From a bacterium (GTDB lineage Bacteria; UBA8248; JACPRG01; G963555815): a DNA stretch of 64,000 nucleotides. Where the stretch lies: assembly GCA_965261595.1 (NCBI GenBank), contig CBDHDG010000005.1:16977-80976 (forward strand), in the 5' to 3' direction. Both the position numbers and the translations under genes were made by a program. Positions 28,213 through 37,766 of this stretch are shown piece by piece (positions within the stretch are counted from its first letter, which is position 1; each line of letters begins with the position of its first letter). The notes under the pieces were generated by a model. That model did no database searches. It was not told the DNA's origin and worked only from the letters and a program-made list of their open reading frames with translations.

Positions 28213-29105
28213 CGCGACACCCCTTTCTCCATGAATCATGGATCAATCGAGTGTCCAACAAAACCCTAGAGCGGGGGACTGGCTTATACAATATATCCCA
28301 AATCTGAGCCCCTAGTTCCTCTACCTGTTCCTGTCGGCACAGATCGAATTTAGCCCAATATTTGTGGCCTCTACCGCCCCTGGCTATGCATCTAGACGCT
28401 ATCGCGTTCGGGGATGTGCGACTTTGAAGGATACGCCGCTCGACGGGATCAATAGGCTGTGCTGCTTGATTGATCTTAAAGAATGAATTCTCCGCGGCTT
28501 CGGTACTCTCTGCCTTAACCCATTGAATAAGAACAGAATTCTTTCCAATTGCGCTTAGATACCTTGCCTTTACAGGATTGGGGACCGACTGCCCTATCAG
28601 ACCAATAAACTCAGCGTATGGTCCAATTTCCTTATTAATGACCTTTCTCGTGCGGTCGGCAATCTTTCGCTGTTCGTCAGTCAGCCCGCTCCCAAAGATC
28701 GCGTTAGAATTAGTGCCGTCGCCATAGTCATCGCGAATCCACCCAATGAGAGCACTCAGCCGGTGCGCGCCATCAATAACAAAAACTTCGTCTCCTCGCT
28801 CCCAAAGAATGACGGCTGGGATTAGATCGCCCTGAAGGAATGCGCGGACCAAATCGTATACTGCCGCTGGCGCCCAGTGCGTCGTTTCGCGCTGAAAGTC
28901 CGGCTTCCTAAGTGAGTTTTGGAAGAAACCATTGCTGCCAAAGTCTGAAATGCTGATTGTTTGTCGTGGACTTCCGCCGGATTGGATCGCCTCCGAGACA
29001 AAGTCGCCACGGGGTATAAGAGCGTCGAGGTTAACCGTCACGGGCGTCATGCGCTTTTCCCCAGTAAATGGTGCCAACTTAATCATAGCTTAGCACCCAT
29101 CACTG

Positions 29106-30156
29106 GGTATGTCAAGTGTAACGTTGCCCAAGGTAATGGGGTACTCGCGCCAGCAATTTTACGAGATCCGTCGCAACTTCAGACCTACGGTGCCGAGGGG
29201 CTGATCGACCGACTGCCTGGGCCGCGCGGACCGCACCCGAACCGGATGGCGGCACAGAGCGAGGCGGCCATCCTGGAGCATGCGATACAGCACCCCTGCC
29301 ACGGTGCGATCCGGGTCGAGCAGGAGATGCGCCTTCAGGGCATCCAGGTCTCCTCGGGCGGGGTGCGCGGGGTGTGGCAGCGCCACGGGCTGTTGACCAA
29401 GCATGAGCGCCTGCTGCGGCTTTTGACGGCCACCGCCGAACGCAAGCTCGAACTCAGCGAGAAGCAGATCCAGCTCCTGGAGCGGTTCTCCCCGGAGTTC
29501 CGCAAACGCCATATCGAAGCACCCCATACCGGCTCCCTGGTGGCCGTCGATACCTTCTTCGTCGGCACCCTCAAGGGTGTGGGCAAGGTCTACCTGCAGA
29601 CCGCGATCGACTGCCATTCGCGCCATGCCTGGGCGCGCTTGTACCCGAACAAGCTGCCGGTGACAGCCGTCCACCTAATGAACAACGACGTGCTGCCGAC
29701 CTTCGAGGCTGCCGGCGCGCGCATCGAGGTCGTGCTGTCAGACAACGGCCGTGAGTTCTGCGGTCGGCCCGACAGGCATCCCTACGAGCTGTTCCTGCAA
29801 CTCGAGGAGATCGAGCACCGCTCTACAAAGGTCAAGCGGCCACAGTCCAACGGCATCGTGGAACGCTTGCACCGAACGCTCCTGGACGAGCACTTCCGGG
29901 TCGAGGGAAGGCGGACCTGGTTCGAAACCATCGATGAGATGCAGACCGTGCTCGACGACTACATGACCGTCTACAACCGCAAGCGGCCACACCAGGGTCG
30001 CGGCATAAACGGCCGGACACCCGGGCAGGCGTTCAAGGACGGCTTGCCAGCCACCAACAAACCGAGCACAATCAAACAGACGGAGAATCCTAAAGCCGCT
30101 TAATCAAACCCCCCGCCGTACGTGCGGCAAACGGGGGGGTACTGTCAGGTGAATAC
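29106..30156 (+). mobile_element. IS481-family-like insertion sequence (about 1.05 kb)
   Basis: Left end GGTATGTCAAGTGTAACGTTGCC. Right end ...GGTACTGTCAGGTGAATACC is an imperfect inverse. Flanks ATCACTG / ATCCCTG may be a degenerate 7-bp TSD. Boundaries are approximate. It sits 19 bp upstream of the GmrSD-like start codon. Confidence 0.6.
29136..30103 (+). pseudogene. IS481-family transposase needing a -1 shift near 29170
   Basis: MGYSRQQFYEIRRNF (frame of ATG 29136), then QTYGAEGLIDRLPGPRGPHPNR...VAVDTFFVG...SDNGREF...RPQSNGIVERLHRTLLDE...YNRKRPHQG in the -1 frame. Confidence 0.7.
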
Positions 30157-30173
30157 CATCCCTGTACAAGCTG

Positions 30174-30755
30174 TCACGAGCACCGTTCTCTTACATATTC
30201 AAACAGAGTTTCAGTGAATGGTTTCTGTCCTGCCGGAAGAATCCATAGTGTTTCCTCATTCCGTACCGAATTACCCACCGCACTTGTTTTTCCCTCGAAT
30301 TTATTATCATACTTGAAGTTTATCATCATAGTTTTATTCGATTTTAACGCTTGTTCTAGCGATGCAAATTCAACCATATCTGCAAGTGTTATTTTCAGTC
30401 CTTGCATCGTTCCCGCTATTTTAGAAAATCGCGTAACAGCATTTTTGTACAGTTCGACAACTTTTCTTCTTGTATCGTCGTTTAGATCGCCGTATATTTT
30501 TATAATGTTGTGCGTATGTTCACATTCTTCTTCATTTTCTAACTCCCAAAGTATCTTTATAGAGTTTTCAAATATTATGACATAAAGCATATGGGAAGTA
30601 ATGTTTCTCTGCCATCTGTGTTTGTCCATTTCCTCCTCAGGATTCTGTCCCGGCACAACCGGAATTATATACTGGGGACTTGATGTCAAGTATTTTGCCA
30701 TATGAAAAAAGGCCTCTGTGGCTTCCAATTTATCTTCTGTCTCACGCATTTTCAT
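30174..30755 (-). CDS. Hypothetical protein (193 aa), low GC, possible HEPN-like fold
   Basis: Rx4H motif RNITSH, then ENSIKILWELENEEECEHTHNIIKIYGDL, which resembles the helical HEPN core. The motif evidence is weak. Confidence 0.5.
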   Translation of the reverse strand: MKMRETEDKLEATEAFFHMAKYLTSSPQYIIPVVPGQNPEEEMDKHRWQRNITSHMLYVIIFENSIKILWELENEEECEHTHNIIKIYGDLNDDTRRKVVELYKNAVTRFSKIAGTMQGLKITLADMVEFASLEQALKSNKTMMINFKYDNKFEGKTSAVGNSVRNEETLWILPAGQKPFTETLFEYVRERCS

Positions 30756-30874
30756 GTCGACTACCCTCCTGCTAAACAGACATTCCCCATTTGAGGGTCA
30801 CACACTATCTGCCTGTAGTGAGCGTACCCGGCTTGCAAGGGACTTTGGCACTTGGGTCAGGCTCGACTACTGGA

Positions 30875-31897
30875 TCACTTCTGAGGCATTGCGACCTCCG
30901 TCCGGCTGGTGACGAGGCTTGTCTGTGAGGCCCGGTCATCTATGGCGGCCATGATGAACTTTCGACAATCCAAGAGAGCACCGATTACGTCCGATTCAAG
31001 GTCTAGTGTATGACCGCGATATTGAAGGATCGCAGAGTCCAAGAAGTCCGGCTGATCAAAGATCGTCAAGGCGACTGGATCGATCTTCTGTGAAGGACCG
31101 AACTTACCCATTGCGCGATCATCAATGTGTTCGAATGCGTGGCGCATTTCTTCGACCGGCCTGCTTATCTTGTTTACGCTGTCAGGCACTTCCAATTCAG
31201 GGCAGAACTGATCAACCAGCGAATGCACCATTCTTGTGCACCGATGCAAAGCAATGATTGCCATTTCGGCTGTTGCCAGTGCGATGAAGGATTTGTGTCG
31301 CTTAGGAATCCCATCGGCCTTCAGTGCCTCATTTCTGGTTTCCATGGCCGACGCCCACAACGCATGTGCTGCGTCAGTTCTCCGGGCGAGGGAAAACAGG
31401 AAGAGCACGAACCCTACACGTTCGGACACAATCCGGTACCATGTCCAAATGGTGTTCGCTACAGGCGCATAGCCGCCCAACCCTGGGCTGGAGTAGGTAT
31501 CTATCTGATCTGTACTAACGACGAGCGCGCCGGGCTCGAATACCAACCGGTCTCCTTTCTGCAATGGGATCGTTTTACCGGGGTCTTGTTCTCCTGGCCG
31601 GAGAGAACGATAGTAGACTGTGTTCCCTTCCCGCCTGACGGGCACGATTCTGCCGCCAAACAAGAACTCGCCTTTGTCTTGTTGAGTGTCTGGGGCGTCG
31701 GGGGCATTGTCAAATACTCCATTCTGATTACAGTTAATCTTTTCCGCCAAAGTCATCATGCGGCGCGGGCCTCTGGTTCGGCGGGTGTCACTTCTGATCA
31801 CTGCACTGGACACAACGCGGACGGTGTGGGTGACTTGCGACATCAGGAGACGTTCGGTGAGCTGCCCGAGGAAGCTGTAAAGACGAGATTTGTTCAT
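30875..31897 (-). CDS. Hypothetical protein (340 aa), low GC, Rx4H motif in the C-terminal half
   Basis: MRHAFEHIDDRA contains RHAFEH (Rx4H). One hydrophobic segment, VGFVLFLFSLA. Lies 119 bp upstream of the 193-aa gene on the same strand. Confidence 0.5.
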   Translation of the reverse strand: MNKSRLYSFLGQLTERLLMSQVTHTVRVVSSAVIRSDTRRTRGPRRMMTLAEKINCNQNGVFDNAPDAPDTQQDKGEFLFGGRIVPVRREGNTVYYRSLRPGEQDPGKTIPLQKGDRLVFEPGALVVSTDQIDTYSSPGLGGYAPVANTIWTWYRIVSERVGFVLFLFSLARRTDAAHALWASAMETRNEALKADGIPKRHKSFIALATAEMAIIALHRCTRMVHSLVDQFCPELEVPDSVNKISRPVEEMRHAFEHIDDRAMGKFGPSQKIDPVALTIFDQPDFLDSAILQYRGHTLDLESDVIGALLDCRKFIMAAIDDRASQTSLVTSRTEVAMPQK

Positions 31898-32261
31898 CGT
31901 CAGTCCCTCATGTGGTGGTTTGTACTATGTTGATCTCAACATTGTACAAAGCAACTCAACAGGGCGAGTTATAGCATCGCCCGTTCTGCAACGCCATCAA
32001 GGCATCGTGGTGTTCGGCGGTTATAGTCGAATCCGATGACGTCCGGCGCGCCGGCCGCTACAGTAGGATGGTTGTTTGCAGGCTGGCCGCTATGCTCGGC
32101 CGAATCATTTTGCGGGATTGGAGGTGTGCGATCGGCGTCTAGGCGGCGGTGCCGGAATTGGATGCAATTAGGGTGATGGTTGCCTAGCGCGGACTTGCCG
32201 CGCCTGTATACTGGATTGAGGATTGATGATTGAGGCTGTGACCCAACAGCTTTCCGATCAT

Positions 32262-33789
32262 GGGGCTGTTGAAAAAGCCGGTTTCGAGACCGGGCGCATG
32301 CAGGATCACGTGGCGGCGGCCGCCCGCAAGTCTGTTCGGGGTGCGTAGGCGTGATGGATATGCAGCGGCTCTTGTCCGGCAACGCGGGCCGTCCAATTGG
32401 CCAATAGGATGGCAACAAGGGCGGCCCCAAGCCGCTTGAGATTGATCGCCGCGGCCGTCAGGTAGGCCTGGATCTTCATGTTGTCGAGACCGCGCCGGAC
32501 CGCGCGCCCGAGGCCGTGCCAGAGCTTCGCCTCGCCGTGGAAGCCTTCCGAACGCCAGAGGTGGCGTTGGTACAGGCGCCGGTCGTCCTCGCTCCATCGC
32601 GCACGCCGGCGCCGCGCTCTGAGCAGCGCCGGATAGTCATGCGGGAGCACCACCTCCTTGTTGATGCGCGTCTTCGGCAGACACTCGCTCCGAAGCGGAC
32701 AGCGTGCGCAGTCGCCGGCCCTGGAATGGAAGAAGCGTCCGCGCCCAGTGACCCGCAGGGGACGCAGGAGCTTTCCACGCGGGCACTTCACGATGTTGTT
32801 CCGGGCGTCGTAGCGGAAGCGACGCAAGGGAACTCTGCTCCCGGACGGATCTCTCCGTGCCGGGATGAGCGGATCGATGCCGCGGCGCTCGAGCCCGCCA
32901 TAGACCTGGGCGTAGGCATAACCGGCATCGGCCGTCACCGTCACGATCTCCCGACCCGCGATCTTCCGAACCTCATCCACCTGCGCCTCGATCATCTCGC
33001 GCTCGTTCACCGCTCCCGTCGTCACAGAAACGTCCAGCACCACGCCTCTCACGTCGTCCACCGTCGTGTGCTGCTTGTAGCACGGCTCAAGCCGCCGGTT
33101 GCACGCCGAGGTCGCCATGCTCGTGTCCGCATCGGTGCGGCTCACCTTCCTGGACTTGCCGCGCCGACCGCCTCGCCTCTTCTCCCCTTCAACCTCCTCC
33201 TCCCCGCGGTTCTCCGTCATCACCTCATCCACATGCCGCTCCACCAAGCTCTCCCAACTGACATCGGCGCGGATCAGCGAGGCGTCGTGCACAACCTCGG
33301 CCGTGGCGACCTTCGCCTCCAGGCACGCCCTCACCGTGCGCTGGAATATCTCCCGGAACCGTTTCTCGCCCCAGCGCTGGCGGATACGGGTCAGGCTCGA
33401 ATGGTCGGGCAGACGCTCGTGCAAGCCATAGCCGATGAACCACCGGATCGCGATGTTCACCTGCGCTTCCCGCATCAGCCTGCGGTCGTGCACAATGCCC
33501 AATAGCAGGCCGGCGAGCATCAACCGCACCGCTACCTCCGGGTCGATGCCGGGCCGGCCGTTGTCAGCGCAATAACAGTCCGCCACTTCCTCGCGCAGCC
33601 AGCCCAGGTCGAGAACACGGTCCACGCGCGCCAGTACGTGATCCTCGGGCACCAGCTGCTCAAGCGAACCGGTGATGAACAACGTCAACTGATCCCGCCC
33701 CTTCCGTCCCAACATCTCCTGGCCTCCCAAAATCGAACACTAGATATCGATACAGAGAAGCACGAAGGCCGAGCTTTTTCAACACCCCC
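32262..33789 (-). mobile_element. IS1182-family-like insertion sequence (1528 bp)
   Basis: IRs GGGGCTGTTGAAAAAGC (32262-) and rc GGGGGTGTTGAAAAAGC (-33789). 5-bp TSD ATCAT at 32257-32261 and 33790-33794. Confidence 0.8.
32306..33715 (-). CDS. IS1182/IS5-type transposase (469 aa from ATG)
   Basis: MLGRKGRDQLTLF...LVPEDHVLARVDRVLD...GRPGIDPEVAVRLMLAGLLLGI..DRRLMREAQVNIAIRWF...TADAGYA... Confidence 0.85.
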   Translation of the reverse strand: MLGRKGRDQLTLFITGSLEQLVPEDHVLARVDRVLDLGWLREEVADCYCADNGRPGIDPEVAVRLMLAGLLLGIVHDRRLMREAQVNIAIRWFIGYGLHERLPDHSSLTRIRQRWGEKRFREIFQRTVRACLEAKVATAEVVHDASLIRADVSWESLVERHVDEVMTENRGEEEVEGEKRRGGRRGKSRKVSRTDADTSMATSACNRRLEPCYKQHTTVDDVRGVVLDVSVTTGAVNEREMIEAQVDEVRKIAGREIVTVTADAGYAYAQVYGGLERRGIDPLIPARRDPSGSRVPLRRFRYDARNNIVKCPRGKLLRPLRVTGRGRFFHSRAGDCARCPLRSECLPKTRINKEVVLPHDYPALLRARRRRARWSEDDRRLYQRHLWRSEGFHGEAKLWHGLGRAVRRGLDNMKIQAYLTAAAINLKRLGAALVAILLANWTARVAGQEPLHIHHAYAPRTDLRAAAAT

Positions 33790-35447
33790 ATCATCGGAAG
33801 GCTCTCGCCCAGGGCCAGCGCACGGCTGGCATACGAGTGACGGAGGTCGTGAATCGTTGCGGAAGCAAGGGTAGGAACCTGGTTGCAGCCCGTTCCTGGT
33901 TGATGGCGCTCGAAACTGTTGTGTTTCTTGATGCGCCCGCAGATGCCGCGAACCTCGCCCGGAATCTGCTTGATGTCTGAGCGATTCCGCGCCAAGCTGC
34001 CAACGCCGCCGCACACATCGCGATTGCCATCACGAACGGCGTGACGTCCGCGACGGGGTGCGGTTCATGCCTTCTACGCCTCCTAGGAAGAGCAGATTGC
34101 GGAGCTGGTGGAAGAGTTCCTGCGGGAGAACGGTATCGTTCCGGAATGGAGATGAACCGCCTGGAACGGGATCGCCCGCGGCATTGGTTCGCGGCAACGG
34201 ACGGCGCACCGGCAGCGCGATGGCATTGGTCAACGCCATCATTGCGACCCTCGCCGGCGGGGGGCTTCCGGGTTCGGGGCGGCTCCGGGCCGGAGTCCGA
34301 ACGGCTACGATTCGCGCGGCCGATGGTCTCGAATCGGCGGAAACGGCGGATCGGCGGCGGCGCACGGCGTCAGGAGCGCGCCTCGATATGGCACGGCGCA
34401 CCGTGTTGAAATAGTGTTGAACTTTACAGGAAGTCGTCAGTCAGGAAAGATAGAGAAACAGATATTAACCTATAATATCAATGCGTTATACAATGGCCGT
34501 AAGCCGTGGGAAAAAGCGATCTATAAATTCCCAGCGCAACGTCAGGATCTCGCTCTTCCGGCATCCGGTCAGCAGCAGCAGCCGGAGCGCCGCAATCACC
34601 GGCGGCCACACCGAGCCGTCCGTTTCCGCGTCCCTCAACACACGGCCCAGCCGCCGGAACTCCTCCGGCGTCAGAAACCGCTCGCACGACCTCTCCTTGT
34701 AGCGGCGCACCGACCGGCACGGGTTCCGGCCGGGCGGCAGTCTTTCCCAGGCTTCCGCCAACGAGAACATTCTCGACAGAACCTTGACCGTCCGGTTGGC
34801 CATTGCAGGCGTGTCACGAAGCCGGTGATGCAGCGCGGAAATCTCCCTTCGTCCTACCTCGTTGATTGACATCGCGCCCAGGGTGGGAAGAATGTGCTTG
34901 CCGAGCACGCACCGGTACGTTGCAACGGTGCTCGGCTTGCAATGCACCTTGACATGGGTGCGCAGGAACCGTTCGGACAGTTCGGCCAACGTGAGCTCCG
35001 GCTCGGGCGGCGCGGGCACGGGGTCCTCCCCCCGCTTGATGCGGTCGATGACCACGGCCGCCCGCTTCCTCGCCTCCTCGGTCGACATGTCCCCATGCCG
35101 TCCGAGGGTCACTCGCTTCGGTCCGGCCGGCCCCCGGGACTGCACTACGTAGACCTTGCGACCCGTGGCATGGACCCGCACCCCGAAGCCCGCCAGGTCC
35201 CGGTCCCAGAAGACGCCATCCGTGGCATCGACGGTGAGTGCATCCACGGTGCGTTTGGTGATCCTGAGCTCGCTCCTTCTGGGCATGGTCGCTCCTTGCC
35301 TTTGTTCTATGGTGATTCGGTATGCAATTCCGTAATCAAATAGAACACACGCTGCATCAAATCGGTGCGTATTTGAGCACAAGCGTGGCGGGAATGCAAG
35401 GGGCAAGAGACGGGATAATGAAAAATAAATTCAATGTTTACAGCACT

Positions 35448-36300
35448 TTATCTCAGCACAGCGTTCTCGGTCGCACCATTGGCGAGGTGAGATATTTTAA
35501 CCACGTTTTCCATCTTGTGAAACCAGCACCGCTGATGGGGCGTGAAGGGGTAGACCACCTCCAGCGCCGCCAACAGCCCCGGGTTGCCGTCGGTGATGAT
35601 GAGGCGAAGGGAGTGACCCAAAAGCCCCCGGTGGTAGAGGTCGTCGAGGAACTTCGTCCATGTGGCCTCGCTCTCCGAGTCGGCCAGACGGAAGTCGATG
35701 ATCTCCCGCCGGCCCGCGAGTGTGACGCCCATCGCGCACAAAAGGACCTTGCGCCGGCTTCTCGACGCCCCGCGCACCTTGAAAGCCAGGCCATCCAGGA
35801 ACACACAACGGTAGTGGTCGCTCAAAGGGCGGTCGTGGAACGCCGCAACGTCTCGGCTGAGCGCCGTGCACACCCGCGAGACGGTGGAGGCGCTCACCGC
35901 TTCACCCAACAACCCCTTCACGCACGCCCCCACCCGGCGGGTGGACACCCCGGCCAGGAAGCAATCGCGAAGCGTGCGGTCCACCACCGCCCGGCGGCGC
36001 CGGTAGCGCGAACGCCCGGCTCTGAAAGCCGCCGCCGCGAACCCGGGGCACACGCAGGGCGCGGATCAGCCCCCCCTCGGTCCCCAGGTCCCGGACGTAG
36101 TGGCCGTTGGCCCAGTCGCGCCGCTTGGGCGTGCGCTCCCGGAACCCGGCCGCCAGGTAGACGGCCCGCTCCTCGGCCATCAGGCCCTCCAAAAACCCTT
36201 TCAGGCTCGCCTCGATGGGCAACTCCACCTCCCACGTCTCATTCAGCTCTTGAAATGCCCGGCCCAAATCCTTATCCCCAAAAAGCAACTTCGGTTGCAT
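35448..36300 (-). pseudogene. IS256-family transposase remnant no. 3 (frameshifted and 3'-truncated)
   Basis: MQPKLLFGDKDLGRAFQ...LRVPRVRGGGFQSRAF, then a shift near 36005-36012, then RYRRRRAVVDR..GVSTRRV...FLDGLAFKVR...IITDGNPGL...HQRCWFHKMENV. Homology ends about 35490. Confidence 0.75.
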
Positions 36301-36464
36301 TGGGTGTGCTCCTCCAAAATGGGTTTCTTGCTCCCAGGAAGAGTACACCCTCTCTTTTTGCCCGAAAACACTTTCTACACACAAAACGGTACATCACCCT
36401 GTGACTTCCTGTCCTTGACACCACCCAGGAGATTTCGGAGCATGCGGGACGGAGCGGCGGATGG

Positions 36465-37766
36465 TTGGGAGGGCGGGAGGTGGCGGCGAAACCCGGGATT
36501 CAAGCCGAGCGCATCCGGTCGGACTTGGTGAGGTTCGCCCGCATCGGGGCGATGCCCGGCGGCGGCGTCCAGAGGCTTTCGTTCTCCCCACAGGAGATCG
36601 CGGCCCGCCAGCTCGCCCTGCACCTGATGCAGGCGGCGGGCCTCACGGTCCGGATAGACGGGATCGGCAACCTCTTCGGCCGGGTGGAGGGGAAAATCCC
36701 GGCGCTTTCCCCCCTCTGGGTGGGCTCCCACATTGACACGGTTCCGGCGGGCGGAAAATTCGACGGAAGCGTCGGCGTGGCGGCGGCCTTGGAGGTCGTC
36801 CGCGTCCTGCGCGAGGATTCGGCGCCCCCGGATCGCCCGGTGGAGGCGGTTGTCTTCGTCTCCGAGGAGTCCAGCCGGTTCGGCCTGGCGACCATCGGAA
36901 GCGGCGTCGTGGCCGGGGTGTTGCGGCCCGAGGAGCTCCTGGAGCTTCGGGACGCGGACGGCCGCCGCTTGGTGGACCTCCTGGCCGCTCAGGGCTTCGA
37001 CGCGGAAACCATCGCGTCTGCGCGCATCGGACCGGACGATGTGCGTGCGTTCTTCGAGGTCCACATCGAGCAGGGCCGGGTGCTTGAGACGGAGGGGATG
37101 GGCATCGGCATCGCCACGGCCATCGCCAACTCCACCCGGTTGCGGATCACGTTTCTGGGCCGGGCCGATCATTCCGGCGCGACACCGATGAGTCTTCGGC
37201 GCGACGCCTTTGTAGCCGCCGCCCACCTGACCACCTATATTGAAACCCTCTGCCGGGAAACCGATCCCCCCGTTGTGGGGACGGTCGGCGTCGTTCGTGT
37301 CGAGCCGGGCGCGATGAACGTCATCCCCGGCCGCGTGGAGCTGGGCGTAGACATCCGCTCCACCTCCGGACCGGCGAAAGAGGCGGTGGCGGAACAGGTG
37401 GAGGCGGAGGCCCGGCGAATCGCCGAAGGGCGCGAGCTGGGCATCGAGGTCGAGCTCCTGGGCCGGGGCGTTCCTGTGGCGCTGGGGAAGGAGATGGTGG
37501 ATCTCCTGGAGGATGTTTGCCGCTCGCGGGGGTGTCCATACCGGCTCTTGCCCTGCGGCGCGGGACATGACGCCATGCAGATGGCCCGGCTCACCAAGGC
37601 TGGCCTGGTCCTCATCCCCTGCCGCGAGGGGGTCAGCCACAACCCGGCCGAGTGGGCCGAGATGGCGGAAATCGTGCAAGGGGCGGAAGTGATCCTCGAG
37701 GCCGTCCGCCGGTTCGAGGGCCGGCGGCCTCAGGGTTCTTCAGACGCCGAAAGGAATGAGACATGA
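36465..37766 (+). CDS. M20-family Zn-dependent amidohydrolase (allantoate amidohydrolase / N-carbamoyl-amino-acid hydrolase type)
   Basis: GGGVQRLSFSPQE..A..L...M..AGL.V.ID.IGNLFGR, WVGSHIDTVPAGGKFDGSVGV, FVSEESSRFG, GRADHSGATPM, GAGHDAM. The TTG start is uncertain. The stop overlaps the pyrR start (ATGA). Confidence 0.8.
   Translation: MGGREVAAKPGIQAERIRSDLVRFARIGAMPGGGVQRLSFSPQEIAARQLALHLMQAAGLTVRIDGIGNLFGRVEGKIPALSPLWVGSHIDTVPAGGKFDGSVGVAAALEVVRVLREDSAPPDRPVEAVVFVSEESSRFGLATIGSGVVAGVLRPEELLELRDADGRRLVDLLAAQGFDAETIASARIGPDDVRAFFEVHIEQGRVLETEGMGIGIATAIANSTRLRITFLGRADHSGATPMSLRRDAFVAAAHLTTYIETLCRETDPPVVGTVGVVRVEPGAMNVIPGRVELGVDIRSTSGPAKEAVAEQVEAEARRIAEGRELGIEVELLGRGVPVALGKEMVDLLEDVCRSRGCPYRLLPCGAGHDAMQMARLTKAGLVLIPCREGVSHNPAEWAEMAEIVQGAEVILEAVRRFEGRRPQGSSDAERNET

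Larger units (their letters stand above)
26875..28278 (-). mobile_element. IS3-family insertion sequence, copy B (1404 bp)
   Basis: Same element as 15711-17114 with a few SNPs. 4-bp TSD CTGG at 26871-26874 and 28279-28282. Confidence 0.9.
24662..29086 (-). pseudogene. GmrSD-like type IV restriction enzyme (DUF262/ParB-like N-domain plus HNH/DUF1524-like C-domain) split by two IS insertions
   Basis: Coding pieces are 28279-29086, 26730-26874 and 24662-25341. Removing both IS and one copy of each TSD leaves 1620 nt, a 539-aa uninterrupted ORF. Motifs: KPDFQRETTHW, VIDGAHRLSAL, and C-terminal CDICKAPIHSNSVTFDHVIRTKGGGDNQSDNLRLSHPYCNS. Confidence 0.8.
32184..35286 (-). pseudogene. int: DUF4102-type (P4/ICE-like) tyrosine integrase, disrupted
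   Basis: N-terminus from ATG 35286: MPRRSELRITKRTVDAL...GFGVRVHATGRKVYVVQ...LLLLTGCRKSEILTLRW, with homology lost near 34520. The catalytic piece ...TIHDLRHSYASRALALGESLPM lies at about 33795-34020. After the IS1182-like element it resumes as IGKLLGHS... (32184-32256). Confidence 0.8.

Noticed and set aside
28130-28282. C-terminal tail of the 318-aa track ORF (..VPRSRVLLDTRLIHDSW...)
   Set aside because: This part is translated from the end of IS3 copy B. The real gene continues after the IS (see the GmrSD reconstruction).
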